A stretch of 64,000 nt of DNA from Oligoflexales bacterium (GCA_045106415.1 JBGCEP010000010.1:1-64000); one strand, 5' to 3'. Positions 50,079 to 60,621 are shown, counted from the stretch's first letter. Numbers and translations are program-made. The notes: generated by a model not told the origin, from the letters alone.

Positions 50079-50855
50079 GTGAGGTGTGAGTTGAGGTTTT
50101 TTGTTATTTTTTTACAGTGTTTTTTTTCGTTCACGCTACATGGTCAGAGTCATTGGGCTTTAGCGGTGTTAGGGGACTCAGTGAGTGTGGCTTCTCACGC
50201 TGAGCACTGGGATGATTCTCCTGAATACAGTTGGGCAACAGGTGATGAAATCTCTTCTATAAAGGTTAAAATTCAAGAAGCAGGAGCTAGAGTCATAGGC
50301 CTTAATGTGGCTGAGTCAGGAGCTGTGATGGGGGATTTAGCGCAGCAGGTTGAAAGTCTGATTGATATTGGAGAAGGTGTTGATCAAGCCATGATATTGA
50401 TGGGGCATAATGATGTGTGTCATTGGGGGTTTGATGTTCAGCAGGAAAACTATGAAGAACTTGCAGGGACACTAAAGTCAAGTTTGCAGCGTTTATCTGA
50501 AGTTTACCCCGATGTGGAGATTTATATTCTTGAGTTTTTGAATATAGCGCGCGTGAGAGAAATCGGATTGGACCGTTATTTTTGTCAGATGAAATGGGAT
50601 TTTGCTGATTTTTGCCCAATTTTCATGAGCTCAAGCAGCACAGATGAAGAACGCCAATTGTTTTTGAAATCTTGGTCACTTGCGCAAAATTATTTAAAAT
50701 CAGTCGCAGAAGAATTTTCTAATGTCCGTTGGGTTGATGGACTCTCGAAGATACCGTTGGAAGATCAGCATGTGTCATCGTTAGACTGTATTCATCCATC
50801 AAGGCAAGGTCAGCAACTCTTAGCTGATCAAGTTTGGTTGCGATTAAATGAATGA
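50079..50855 (+). CDS. Secreted SGNH/GDSL hydrolase
   Basis: LGDSVS, NVAESGA, GHND, DCIHPS blocks; signal peptide. Confidence 0.9.
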   Translation: MRCELRFFVIFLQCFFSFTLHGQSHWALAVLGDSVSVASHAEHWDDSPEYSWATGDEISSIKVKIQEAGARVIGLNVAESGAVMGDLAQQVESLIDIGEGVDQAMILMGHNDVCHWGFDVQQENYEELAGTLKSSLQRLSEVYPDVEIYILEFLNIARVREIGLDRYFCQMKWDFADFCPIFMSSSSTDEERQLFLKSWSLAQNYLKSVAEEFSNVRWVDGLSKIPLEDQHVSSLDCIHPSRQGQQLLADQVWLRLNE

Positions 50856-51856
50856 TTTGGATTCTGGGAGTGAGGCTTATACAAAGCGTCTTGTCCTGCG
50901 AGTTCTCTGAGATCTTTTGATCGGCCGACTTCTATGAAGTCGCAGATCTCCTTGAGGCGAGAGTACACGAGTGGTCCGACGCGAGTTTCAAGAAGTTCAA
51001 AATCTTGTCCGGAGTTCATACTTGTGAAGTCGCGTTCTTGTTGAATGCGGTGCATTCGTTTTTTATTTAAAATATAGTTTGTCGTCGCAATAATGGGTTT
51101 TCCTTGATTATAACGGCCCATAATAAGCTGATCTATAATCGTGTGCTCAAACTCACTATTACGACCTTTGCCTAGTTCATCAACTAAAAGAACGTCGACA
51201 CTCATGAGCTCGTTCATGACGGATTTATCCGATTGTCCGTCGGAGTAAGCGTCGCGAATATCTGCTAATAATTGGATGAAGTCAATAAAGCGAACGGAAA
51301 GTCCTCGCTCAATAAGAGCTCTTGCTGCAGCAACAAGAAGGTATGTTTTTCCAATGCCAACCGAGCCGCTTAGAATCATACCTCGTGAATGTTTGGGGTC
51401 AAAGGTTCGAATAGCGGTTCTTAGGTTGTGTGCTGTGTGTCGTGCTTCAATAGCGTGATGGCTAAACGTGTCAAAAGTGGCGCTTGCATAGCGTACAGGA
51501 ATATGAGCTTTATTTATCAAGTGGACAATTTGCACAGGAGAAGGCTTGGTGCAAGAACGAGCTTGCCCTTGATCGTCAACTATAAGGGCTCGTCCATGAC
51601 AACTTTGACAAGCTTCGACACAGTGGCAAACTTTTGCGTAAGTGACAGGGCGATCTGTCATGATCTTATAGCCCTTCTGATGGCAACAGGTGTGCTGGTA
51701 TGACAAAGCACACCGTCTTGCTCTAGAGCGAGCGAGTTCAGAGGGTTTTGAATTTAAGATTTTATCGAGTAGTTGGCCCATGATCTGCCCTAAGGTGAAC
51801 GAAAGGTTTGTTGAGCCTACATTGAAAGTTAAATTTTTACGATGCTTTTTATCCAA
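50828..51856 (-). CDS. DnaC/IstB-like ATPase with Cys-rich N-terminus (start uncertain, probably 51781)
   Basis: GSVGIGKT Walker A, LLVDELG Walker B, RYN..KP.I.TTN, SRLKE. Confidence 0.85.
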   Translation of the reverse strand: MDKKHRKNLTFNVGSTNLSFTLGQIMGQLLDKILNSKPSELARSRARRCALSYQHTCCHQKGYKIMTDRPVTYAKVCHCVEACQSCHGRALIVDDQGQARSCTKPSPVQIVHLINKAHIPVRYASATFDTFSHHAIEARHTAHNLRTAIRTFDPKHSRGMILSGSVGIGKTYLLVAAARALIERGLSVRFIDFIQLLADIRDAYSDGQSDKSVMNELMSVDVLLVDELGKGRNSEFEHTIIDQLIMGRYNQGKPIIATTNYILNKKRMHRIQQERDFTSMNSGQDFELLETRVGPLVYSRLKEICDFIEVGRSKDLRELAGQDALYKPHSQNPNHSFNRNQT

Positions 51857-52431
51857 TCATAAATGATTATAGAGGCTTGTTGAAGGATGTCATGGTGCGA
51901 TACTGTGTGTTTTTTAAGAGTTTTAAATCCATGATCGGCGAACTCTAGAGTGACGACTTGTGTGTTTTTATCTTCCTTGTTCACAAGTGGGGTGATGTCG
52001 GAAGGGTGGCCCATGGAGTCTCTATCCCCTTGAAGTACCAAAAGTGGAACTTTAAGAGATTTGAGGTGCAGGCCTCTTGAGTTGTCTGAAATCTTCGATG
52101 TTTTAAGTGGAAAGGATAGACAGATACACCCTGAGACAAAAGAGTGTATTGAGCTCTCTTCACAAAGAAAGTGTGAAGCAACTCTTCCTCCATATGAGCG
52201 CCCCCCTATAAAGATGGGAACTTGAAATTGTTTGGCGTAGTCGACAGCTTGTTTAAATGAAACTGTAGATTTATGCACTCTTTCTGCAATACGGCGACCT
52301 GCAATACGGTAAGGAAACTGTATAGATAAGACAGCGATGCCCCTAGGAGCAAGTTGTTGCGCCAGAATGTGAAAATCTGGGTCATGCATGCTGCTGCCAG
52401 CACTATGCCCGAGGATGAGGATTGAATTCAT
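51829..52431 (-). CDS. Alpha/beta hydrolase (KANL3/Tex30-like)
   Basis: GHSAG, GGRSYGGR, LSFPL, QGDRD, ADHGF. Confidence 0.85.
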   Translation of the reverse strand: MNSILILGHSAGSSMHDPDFHILAQQLAPRGIAVLSIQFPYRIAGRRIAERVHKSTVSFKQAVDYAKQFQVPIFIGGRSYGGRVASHFLCEESSIHSFVSGCICLSFPLKTSKISDNSRGLHLKSLKVPLLVLQGDRDSMGHPSDITPLVNKEDKNTQVVTLEFADHGFKTLKKHTVSHHDILQQASIIIYDWIKSIVKI

Positions 52432-52679
52432 CTTTTCACATGAATAAAATGTTTTTACAAAATTATTTAAACAAGACATTTGATGAGCCTTTATTCTTAT
52501 TGGTTTTTTGGGAATTTATTTATGGGTGTTTTTACTCAAGGGGTGAAATTTCTTTAGTTCTTTAATTTCAAAGGCTTGCCCGCGGTTTTTGACTTTGGTA
52601 GATCCTATTCGAGAGCTGTTTTCTTTCAGCACCATATATCGAACGATTTGCATGTTTTGTCAATATTGGAAAAAGGTTC

Positions 52680-52961
52680 ATGCCAATGCAAGATGTCTCC
52701 TTTTCGAGAAAACCGATTCATAAAAAACGAGGAAGATTGAGAGCTGGTGACTATGTCAGTTTTAATCAAGCACGTGAGTTTGCGATTCAGCTACATTTTA
52801 AAACACGTGATGAGTGGCGAAAGTGGGCCCGTGGGGAGCTTGATGGTTATCCTGAAAAACCCAACCATATTCCCAGCCATCCTGATGGAATTTATAGGAA
52901 TGATGGTTGGAAGGGCTGGAAGTATTGGTTGGGTAATATGACAGATCATGCCTTGGATTGA
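52680..52961 (+). CDS. Small protein with a single integrase-repeat-like unit
   Basis: SFNQAREF...EW..W...P..IPSHPD.IY...GW.GW..WLG. Confidence 0.7.
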   Translation: MPMQDVSFSRKPIHKKRGRLRAGDYVSFNQAREFAIQLHFKTRDEWRKWARGELDGYPEKPNHIPSHPDGIYRNDGWKGWKYWLGNMTDHALD

Positions 52962-52976
52962 CTTTTGAGGTGTTTT

Positions 52977-55900
52977 TTAAAGAAGTTCTTCTTCTTCAAA
53001 CTCCTCAGTCGGCTGTGCACGGTTCCAGTGGCCATCGCTATTTTGATCTAACTGCTCCTCTGAGTCGACATCCCCTTTGAGGTTTGCCTTTATACTCAGA
53101 CCTTGATCAGTTGTATCCACGGAATCGTCGCTTCTTTCCCAGAGTTTGACGTGCTGTTGAGGCCTCCATGAGCCGTTTTGAACTCCAGGAGGAACAGAGA
53201 CGAGGCCTCGCACCCCATAACCTGGTGCAAAAGGATTTTGGTAGCTTTCACCTGTTGTTGCTATATTTGTTGGCCCCCACGAATCTAAAATATTAGTGTG
53301 ATCCCTTAGAATCACTCCTCGTGGGATATCCACCATAACAGGCACAAGGTGTTCAGGTGATTTTAGTGGCCACTCTTGATTTGCAAGGACTTTGAGGTCA
53401 AGAGGGTCGATATAATCTTTATATTTTTTGTGATCAATAATGGCTTTCCCAAACTCGATCCACATAGGAAGAGCACCCGTGCCACCATAGATGCGAATTC
53501 TGCCGTTGCGCATAATTTTATTCATGTCGTAGCCAACATAAGCAGAGATAGAGTAACTGTTTTTTGGGTCAAGTTCTTTGCCGTATTCAGTGGGATATGG
53601 GATAAACCCTGCAAAATAGCTTGTCATGAAGTCATTGGTGGTACCTGTTTTTCCAAAAGCTGGAATTCTTACTTTGCTGGGCTTTTCATTATCGCCTTCT
53701 TTTTGTGAGTCAATGGTGACATAGAGTTCACCTTTTGCTCTTCGCCCTGTACCGTGGCTGACAACTTTTTCTAGGATTTGTTGCATTTGTTCTGTGACTT
53801 GTGGAGATACGATTTCATGTTCTTTTGGGCTCGAACGATAGAGTACTTGGCCGAAACGATCTTCAATTCTACGGATAAATGTTAATTGATTTTTAGGTCC
53901 ATCTTCGAAAAATTGGTAGGTTTTTCCAGTTGCGAATGTTTGATAAATTTTTGCGATTTCACTTGTTGTGACGTCGTTGGTGCCAAGAGGGTAGGATAAG
54001 ATAGCCTCTAGAGGGCTATAAACACCCATGTCATGACTAAGTTGTGTGAGGTAGTTGAGCCCGAGTGTTGTTCTGAAGTCTGAATGTTCAAAATAGCGGT
54101 TTAAATCATATGCTTGTCGTTGAGTGGTGATTTGTATGAAGCGTTCCTCAATTTTTTCAACGATATTTTGCGTGAGTTTTACACTCATACGGCCGTCAAT
54201 GAGGACATCTTGAAGAGTGAGTCCCGATGTGCCTGTAGTTGCAAGAGGGCTTTTTAATCCCCAAACTGCCTCAAGGTCTAAAACAGATAACGGACGGCCT
54301 TTAGGTGGTGGAAGGAGGAATTCCTTTGCTGTTTTTGGAGGAAGCTCTTCTGGATAATAGTGGACATAACCAAGTTGTGGCTGGGTGTTTGAACTTGTGA
54401 GAACACGGAATTTTTCGATAGTACCTTTGAATTGTGGGGAGGAAAAAGTTTTAATAGCACCTTGTGTGCGAACCGCGAGCTGTAAAATATCCCAGTCGCT
54501 GAGTAAAGAATCATGCAAACGTTGTGTGCGTATGAGATTGTTCAGGACTAGTTCGACACGTTTTTTTAATTCTTTGGACGAAATTTTATCTGGGTTTGGT
54601 CCGTGGAGCTTTTGGAGCTCTGCTGTATAGCCAACACCACGCCATAAGTGTTGAAGTTGTTTGAGGGTGTGTTCGTGATTTGAAAAAATGAGATCAGGAG
54701 CAAGGGACGTGATGACACGTCGCAGTTGATAGCTTCTAATCCCTTCATTATCGATGGAGATGCCGGTTTTTTTACTGACGCGGTAATGAAAGTCCTGAGG
54801 TGACTCATCTGGATGAGGGAGAAGGTCGAGACGAGCCATGGCTTCTTTGAATTGTTTAAAGTTTAATTTTTCAGTGAGGTCAGCAGCAAGGGCAACGGAA
54901 GCAAGATTTTCACTCATAACACCAGTCCAAAGCATAGATGTTTCAGCATACGGACTTGCGTGATCTGGCCGCGGGTAGTAAAAATGCCCTTGGTATGGGA
55001 ATAATGTTCTTGAATTGCGAATAGGGTCTAAAGTTCCCCATCCGAGCTGCAGTGCAGCGAAAAAAACAGGAGCTTTAAAGACAGATCCTGGCTGTCTTCG
55101 TGCGTACATAGCTCTGTTGTAGCCTACTGTTTCGAATCCTGAAATCACTGCACGGACTTCCCCTTTATCTGTTGCAATCATGCCGCCGCTTACTTTTGGT
55201 TTTTTGTGAAGCTCTAATGTCGCGTGATGTGTTGCTACGTCATATTCAAGAACTTCAACAAAGAGGCTGTCTCCAATCTTAACTTCATCCATGATGTGTT
55301 TCATGTAATGACGATAACCTTTCGGAAAAGGAAGATCTAAAAGTTTTGCATATCGCTGGAGGGAGGTGGTTGAAATTGTTCCACTAGGAAGACCGAAAGA
55401 GATCTCCAAACTATAGTCTTTATGGGATGAGCCTTTTTTCTCTTTGACAACACCGTAAAGAAATTGTTTTTCTTTGAGTGCTCGCCTAGGCTTTGAGAGT
55501 TCTGGCTTTTCAGCTTTGAAGCCTTCTAATATCGTCTCAATACGTGATAAATTTCTTCTTACAGCGAGTTGTGCTGCTTCTTGGAGTTTGTGATCGAGAG
55601 TGGTGTAAACTCTTAACCCTGCGATATTGAGATCGGAAGCTTTTAAATTTAAGGTCTTTAAGACCTCAGATTTTTTTAATTGACTGCGTACAAGGTCGAC
55701 TAAGGAAACCTCCGCAGTTTTGAACTCTCCTTTGCGAAAGGGAACATCAGTTGTGACGGCTGTTTCGTAATCGGTTTCTGATATCCATTGTTGCTCCCGC
55801 ATACGACCAAGGACGTAATTTTTTCGTTCATTTGCGTATCCATGTGCCCGTGTTTGACTTGTTTTGGTGTACTTAATAAATGGATTGTACTTTCCTGGGC

Positions 55901-56531
55901 CTTTAACAGATCCGGCAATAAAGGCGGCTTCTACAAGGCTAAGGTCTTCTACGTCTTTGTTGAAGTAATATTTTGCTGCAATGCCAATACCGTTGCCGTT
56001 GCCGACAACATGGAATTGATTCAGGTAGAATTCTAAGATTTGTTTTTTTGAATACAGTCTCTCAAACTTTAAGGATCGGATCATCTCTCGTAATTTACGG
56101 GAGAGGGTTTTTTTGCGATCATTGACAATATTCTTGACAGTTTGTTGAGTGATGGTGGAACCACCTCGTGTGAAAGCACCTTGTGCGATACCTTCAACAG
56201 CTGCTTTGGTTATTGCAATGGGGTCAATTCCGAAGTGCTCATAGAAGTTTTTATCTTCAGAAGCAATAATAGCATTGATCATGTGCGCAGGGATTTTTTC
56301 GATTGGGATGTATCGCCTGTGAGAATCTTCAAAAATACTCCCAATCCGTGTCTGCTCGTCTAGATAATATAAAGTGGTTTCTTCATGGATTCTGGCCATG
56401 ATGGTGCTTTTTTGTAGTTCGAGGTCCTCCTCAAGAAAGACGAGGTAGAAAATCCACCCTACAGTAAAGCAACCGAGGAACATTCCTAGGCTTAAGGTGT
56501 AAAAACAGAAACGGACGATTGTATTTCGCAT
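52977..56531 (-). CDS. Large class A penicillin-binding protein (transglycosylase + transpeptidase)
   Basis: EDKNFYEHFG, GGSTITQQ, RKLRE, LEFYLN; PGSVFK (SxxK); GKTGTT. Confidence 0.92.
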   Translation of the reverse strand: MRNTIVRFCFYTLSLGMFLGCFTVGWIFYLVFLEEDLELQKSTIMARIHEETTLYYLDEQTRIGSIFEDSHRRYIPIEKIPAHMINAIIASEDKNFYEHFGIDPIAITKAAVEGIAQGAFTRGGSTITQQTVKNIVNDRKKTLSRKLREMIRSLKFERLYSKKQILEFYLNQFHVVGNGNGIGIAAKYYFNKDVEDLSLVEAAFIAGSVKGPGKYNPFIKYTKTSQTRAHGYANERKNYVLGRMREQQWISETDYETAVTTDVPFRKGEFKTAEVSLVDLVRSQLKKSEVLKTLNLKASDLNIAGLRVYTTLDHKLQEAAQLAVRRNLSRIETILEGFKAEKPELSKPRRALKEKQFLYGVVKEKKGSSHKDYSLEISFGLPSGTISTTSLQRYAKLLDLPFPKGYRHYMKHIMDEVKIGDSLFVEVLEYDVATHHATLELHKKPKVSGGMIATDKGEVRAVISGFETVGYNRAMYARRQPGSVFKAPVFFAALQLGWGTLDPIRNSRTLFPYQGHFYYPRPDHASPYAETSMLWTGVMSENLASVALAADLTEKLNFKQFKEAMARLDLLPHPDESPQDFHYRVSKKTGISIDNEGIRSYQLRRVITSLAPDLIFSNHEHTLKQLQHLWRGVGYTAELQKLHGPNPDKISSKELKKRVELVLNNLIRTQRLHDSLLSDWDILQLAVRTQGAIKTFSSPQFKGTIEKFRVLTSSNTQPQLGYVHYYPEELPPKTAKEFLLPPPKGRPLSVLDLEAVWGLKSPLATTGTSGLTLQDVLIDGRMSVKLTQNIVEKIEERFIQITTQRQAYDLNRYFEHSDFRTTLGLNYLTQLSHDMGVYSPLEAILSYPLGTNDVTTSEIAKIYQTFATGKTYQFFEDGPKNQLTFIRRIEDRFGQVLYRSSPKEHEIVSPQVTEQMQQILEKVVSHGTGRRAKGELYVTIDSQKEGDNEKPSKVRIPAFGKTGTTNDFMTSYFAGFIPYPTEYGKELDPKNSYSISAYVGYDMNKIMRNGRIRIYGGTGALPMWIEFGKAIIDHKKYKDYIDPLDLKVLANQEWPLKSPEHLVPVMVDIPRGVILRDHTNILDSWGPTNIATTGESYQNPFAPGYGVRGLVSVPPGVQNGSWRPQQHVKLWERSDDSVDTTDQGLSIKANLKGDVDSEEQLDQNSDGHWNRAQPTEEFEEEELL

Positions 56532-56686
56532 GGATTCTCCCAGCATTTCCAAACGATGGATGCACAGGCCCATTGTACTCTGCTTAGGACCCACGGCCAA
56601 TTCAAGGTATGATCAATATCAGATTCAAGGCGAAAAGGCAGCGAATGAATGCGTCTTTTGAGATGTGTTTTTTTCAAGGGGGTGGC

Positions 56687-57751
56687 ATGAGAAATATTTT
56701 ATTTATTATTGTTTTTATGTCTCTGCACATTGTTGTAGCACCAGCCACTGAGGCAAAAGTTCTTCAGTCTTTCGCCTCAGTGGCTGAAAAAGCTTTTGAT
56801 GGTGTTGTTAATATTCGAAGCAAAACCTGGATAAAGCAAGATCATGACCGAGATATCTATCAGTTTTTTTTGCAAGGCCGTCTCCCAGAAAAAAATCAAA
56901 CAGTTGCACTAGGATCTGGCGTTATTATTGATCGTGAAGGGCACATTGTTACAAACTACCATGTGATTCAGGATGCTTCGTCGATTGAGGTTTTGTTTGC
57001 GAAATCTAGAAAAAAACTTGAAGCAAGAGTCGTTGGAGTTGATCGTAAGACAGACCTTGCTTTATTGAAGGTGCTAGCAAACCAACCTCTAAAACCTTTG
57101 AGCTTTGGAAACAGTGACAAAGTAAGAGCCGGTGATTGGGTCTTAGCGATAGGAAATCCTTTGGGGTATGCTCACAGTTTGACGAGTGGAATTATCTCAG
57201 CAAAAGGCCGAGTCCTTGGGTCCGGACCCTATGATGATTTTCTACAGACAGACGCTGCTATTAATCCTGGGAATTCAGGAGGGCCTCTTTTGGATATGAG
57301 AGGGCGGCTGATAGGAATTAATACTGCTGTAGAAAAGCAAGCTTATGGTATAGGTTTTGCGATCCCTATTCATATGGTGCAAGCCGTTGTGCGAGACTTA
57401 AAAGCTTTTGGGAAGGTTCGTAGACCGTTTCTTGGTATCGTGGGGCGAAACATTTTATCCAGAGATGAAGGGGCTAACGGTGGTGGTGTTTATGGGGTCA
57501 TTGTCAGGAATTTGATTGTGGATGGCCCAGCTCATAAAGGGAAGCTACAGTTAGGTGACCTTCTTATGGCTATGGATGAAATTCCCCTGCGCGATATGAA
57601 TATTCTTCAAAGAGAGCTTATTCAAAAGAAAACAACAGATCGAGTGCGGTTGAAGATTTACCGCCGTGGACGTGGTTTTCTTCATGTTGTCGTGGACCTT
57701 ACCGAGGTTCCTTCAAGTCATGACCTTCCACAGCAAGATAATTTATTTTAG
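56687..57751 (+). CDS. HtrA/DegP-family serine protease with one PDZ domain
   Basis: GSGVII, TNYHV, DLALLK, QTDAAINPGNSGGPL. Confidence 0.95.
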   Translation: MRNILFIIVFMSLHIVVAPATEAKVLQSFASVAEKAFDGVVNIRSKTWIKQDHDRDIYQFFLQGRLPEKNQTVALGSGVIIDREGHIVTNYHVIQDASSIEVLFAKSRKKLEARVVGVDRKTDLALLKVLANQPLKPLSFGNSDKVRAGDWVLAIGNPLGYAHSLTSGIISAKGRVLGSGPYDDFLQTDAAINPGNSGGPLLDMRGRLIGINTAVEKQAYGIGFAIPIHMVQAVVRDLKAFGKVRRPFLGIVGRNILSRDEGANGGGVYGVIVRNLIVDGPAHKGKLQLGDLLMAMDEIPLRDMNILQRELIQKKTTDRVRLKIYRRGRGFLHVVVDLTEVPSSHDLPQQDNLF

Positions 57752-57820
57752 ATTAAGAGGGAAAATTTTCTGGATTGCTTCCAGCTGTAGATTGCGGCAA
57801 TGTAATGAAATAATGAGTGA

Positions 57821-58279
57821 GTGATCTCTGGAGGAGACTTGGGTTTTCGAGACATCATATCCTGGGCAGCTATTGGAATGTTATCTATTAGTTACTGGTT
57901 TCAGATTTATAAAATTCATAAAAGACAAGAAGTCATGGATTTATCTATTATGTATCATGTGCTTCTAGCTTTGGGTTTTGGAGTTTTGACTTGGACGGCT
58001 TGGGTTGAAAACTCTGTTATTTTTATGACAAAGCAAATTCTTACAACAATTCCGGTTGTCGTTATTATTTGTCAAATTCTCTATTTTAGAAAAAAAAGAG
58101 AAGAAGAGGCTCGCCTGCCTTGCGCAAATTGTGATTATATTCCAGAGCAAGAATGGAATTTTTGTGCCTTATGTGGTCTTGAATCCTCAGGGCGTAGTTT
58201 TATCCGAAGGCCAAAAGGTGAGTTTTATAAAGCACATCAAGTAGTTGATAAAGCTCAGTCGCACTCTAAGGTGTCTTGA
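57821..58279 (+). CDS. PQ-loop/SemiSWEET-like membrane protein with C-terminal zinc ribbon
   Basis: Three TM helices, FQIYKIHK...DLS, then CANC...FCALCG. Confidence 0.6.
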   Translation: MISGGDLGFRDIISWAAIGMLSISYWFQIYKIHKRQEVMDLSIMYHVLLALGFGVLTWTAWVENSVIFMTKQILTTIPVVVIICQILYFRKKREEEARLPCANCDYIPEQEWNFCALCGLESSGRSFIRRPKGEFYKAHQVVDKAQSHSKVS

Positions 58280-58438
58280 TGGTTTATTGTGAATGCTTAT
58301 GTTAGTTTTTAAATTCTGTTGTTAGTTTTGATTTTAAGTGCTTTGATTCTCTTTTTTTCCTATCTCGATCCTTTACTCGGCTCATGCTACAATCCCTGCG
58401 TTGAATAAAATTATTTCTGAAGTGAAATAGGGAGTGAT

Positions 58439-60349
58439 GTGGTGGATGATGGTGGCGTAATCAATCTTTTAAAAGGTTTAGTGCTTGATGGAGTCGAGAA
58501 AGCAAAGTCAGGTCATCCCGGTGGTGCTATGTCGAGTATGGATTTTGCATACCTTTTGTTTACAGAATTTCTGAATTTTAATCCTGACGACAGTGAGTGG
58601 CAAGGGCGTGATCGTTTTGTTTTGAGCGCTGGTCATGAATCTATGCTTTTATATTCACTCCTTCATGGAATTGGTTGGTTGCCTAAAGATGAACTTAAGC
58701 GCTTTCGGCAATTAGGATCTCAAACTCCAGGTCACCCAGAAAATACAGTTACAAAAGGTGTTGAATGTACCACAGGCCCTTTGGGGCAAGGTGGAGCAAT
58801 GTCGGTTGGCTTTGCTATTGGCTCTAAACATCTTGAAGCTCGAGTGAGTTCTTTATTCACAGCGAAAACTTGGGTGTTGCTGGGTGATGGATGTATGCAA
58901 GAAGGTGTGACTTTAGGGGCGGCTTCTTTAGCTGGGCACTTAAAGTTGAATAACTTAATTTGGTACTATGATCGCAACAAGCAACAGATTTCTGGAAATA
59001 TCGATAGAGCCGTTTCGGATGATATAGCGCAAATTTTTAAGGGCTTCGGTTGGAAGGTTTATGAAGTGGACGGACACAACCATCTGCAACTTCGAGCCGT
59101 CATGCAAAAAGCTTCTCAAGCAAAAGAAGCCCCAACCTTGATTGTTGGAAATACCGTTATGGCTAAAGGGTCTGCGACACAAGAAGGAAAACACACAACG
59201 CACGGTGCTCCTTTTGGAGAGCAAGAACTTAAAGCAACAAAAAAACATTTAGGGTTACCCGAAGATCAAAGTTTTTATTGGCCTGATAATGCGAATGATT
59301 TTTTTCAAAGGCGATTCGCTGAATTGAGAAAGCAAGCTGCTTTATGGAATGAGCAAGCTACTGCAGAAGGTTTAAATCAAAAGTTAAATGGTTATACACA
59401 GCCTGATATTCAGGCGTTACCAGTACCTGAATGGCCAGAGAAAATTGCAACAAGAGCTGTTTTTGGGAAGTTGCTAGAAGCCTGGGCTCCAAGCCTCCCG
59501 TCTCTTCTAGGGGGAAGCGCCGATCTTGAACCGTCAAATTCAACGGGTGCTTTTGCAAAACTTGTCGGAGATTTTCAAGCAGATAACCCACAGGGCAGAA
59601 ATCTTGCATATGGTGTTAGAGAATTTCCGATGATGGCTATTTCGAATGGCCTCTCTCTTATGGGGCCGTTTATTCCATTTGATGCCACGTTTCTTGTTTT
59701 TTCTGACTACGCACGGGCAGCAATAAGGCTTGCGGCTATTCAAAAAATACAAGTTATTCATGAACTTACCCATGACTCTTTCTACGTTGGTGAAGATGGA
59801 CCCACTCACCAACCTATTGAACATATTGTGAGCTTGAGAAGTATGCCAGATGTTTATGTGATGAGGCCTGCAGATGGTGCTGAAACAGCTGCCTTACTGA
59901 AAGTTGCTCTTTCGAGGAAGATTGTGAGTTGTATGTGCCTTACACGGCAAAATTTGCCGACACTTTCTGCAGTGGGTGCGGCAGAAAAAGGAGCGTGGGT
60001 TGTGCGTGAATCTAAGAATAACTTAGTCCTCTATGCTACAGGCAGTGAGGTCGCTTTAGCGCTCGAAGTTGCTGAGGTTTTAGATGCTCGTGTTATATCA
60101 GTCCCTTGCTGGGAGCTGTTGTTCGAGCAACCACAAAATTATATTGATGACATGATGAGTGAAGGGTGTGATTACCGAGTGAGTATTGAAGCAGGTAGCA
60201 CTCTAGGGTGGGAGAAGTTTACAGGCCGTTCTGGTCTTCAAATCGGTGTAGATCACTACGGAGAAAGTGCTCCTGCAGGAGAACTGGCGTCACATTATGG
60301 TTTTACGAGAGAGATGATCGTTTCCCGTATTGAGCAATATATGAAATGA
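58439..60349 (+). CDS. tkt: Transketolase
   Basis: SGHPG, RDRFVLSAGH, TTGPLGQG, GDGC..EG, GSADL, GEDGPTHQP. Confidence 0.97.
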   Translation: MVDDGGVINLLKGLVLDGVEKAKSGHPGGAMSSMDFAYLLFTEFLNFNPDDSEWQGRDRFVLSAGHESMLLYSLLHGIGWLPKDELKRFRQLGSQTPGHPENTVTKGVECTTGPLGQGGAMSVGFAIGSKHLEARVSSLFTAKTWVLLGDGCMQEGVTLGAASLAGHLKLNNLIWYYDRNKQQISGNIDRAVSDDIAQIFKGFGWKVYEVDGHNHLQLRAVMQKASQAKEAPTLIVGNTVMAKGSATQEGKHTTHGAPFGEQELKATKKHLGLPEDQSFYWPDNANDFFQRRFAELRKQAALWNEQATAEGLNQKLNGYTQPDIQALPVPEWPEKIATRAVFGKLLEAWAPSLPSLLGGSADLEPSNSTGAFAKLVGDFQADNPQGRNLAYGVREFPMMAISNGLSLMGPFIPFDATFLVFSDYARAAIRLAAIQKIQVIHELTHDSFYVGEDGPTHQPIEHIVSLRSMPDVYVMRPADGAETAALLKVALSRKIVSCMCLTRQNLPTLSAVGAAEKGAWVVRESKNNLVLYATGSEVALALEVAEVLDARVISVPCWELLFEQPQNYIDDMMSEGCDYRVSIEAGSTLGWEKFTGRSGLQIGVDHYGESAPAGELASHYGFTREMIVSRIEQYMK

Positions 60350-60440
60350 CGTTGAGGTGTCACAGTGTGATGTGAAACAAGCATACTGACTGTTTGAAGT
60401 GGGTCATTATTATTTATGGTGTCTGTTTCGATTTTTATAT

Positions 60441-60484
60441 TAAAAAGAGTTAAGAGCTTGACTTGAAAGTTCTTAACTCTTTTA
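60441..60484. repeat. Long inverted repeat downstream of tkt (possible terminator)
   Basis: AAAAGAGTTAAGA-N15-TCTTAACTCTTTT. Confidence 0.75.
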
Positions 60485-60621
60485 TATTAGGTTGTTGCTA
60501 GCGATGAAGTGCGATTCTAGCGTACGAGTAGAAGATGTTGTTTAGAAACTCGTATGGCGCTTATTAAAATAAAAGATTGATATGAACCTTAGTCGTGTGA
60601 TAACGACGGACATTAGTTTTT

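Noticed and set aside
50828..51856. IS21 element or prophage
   Set aside because: No istA, terminal repeats or phage genes adjacent
60350..60620. tRNA or structured ncRNA in the intergenic region
   Set aside because: No cloverleaf or T-loop motif; only the inverted repeat already reported
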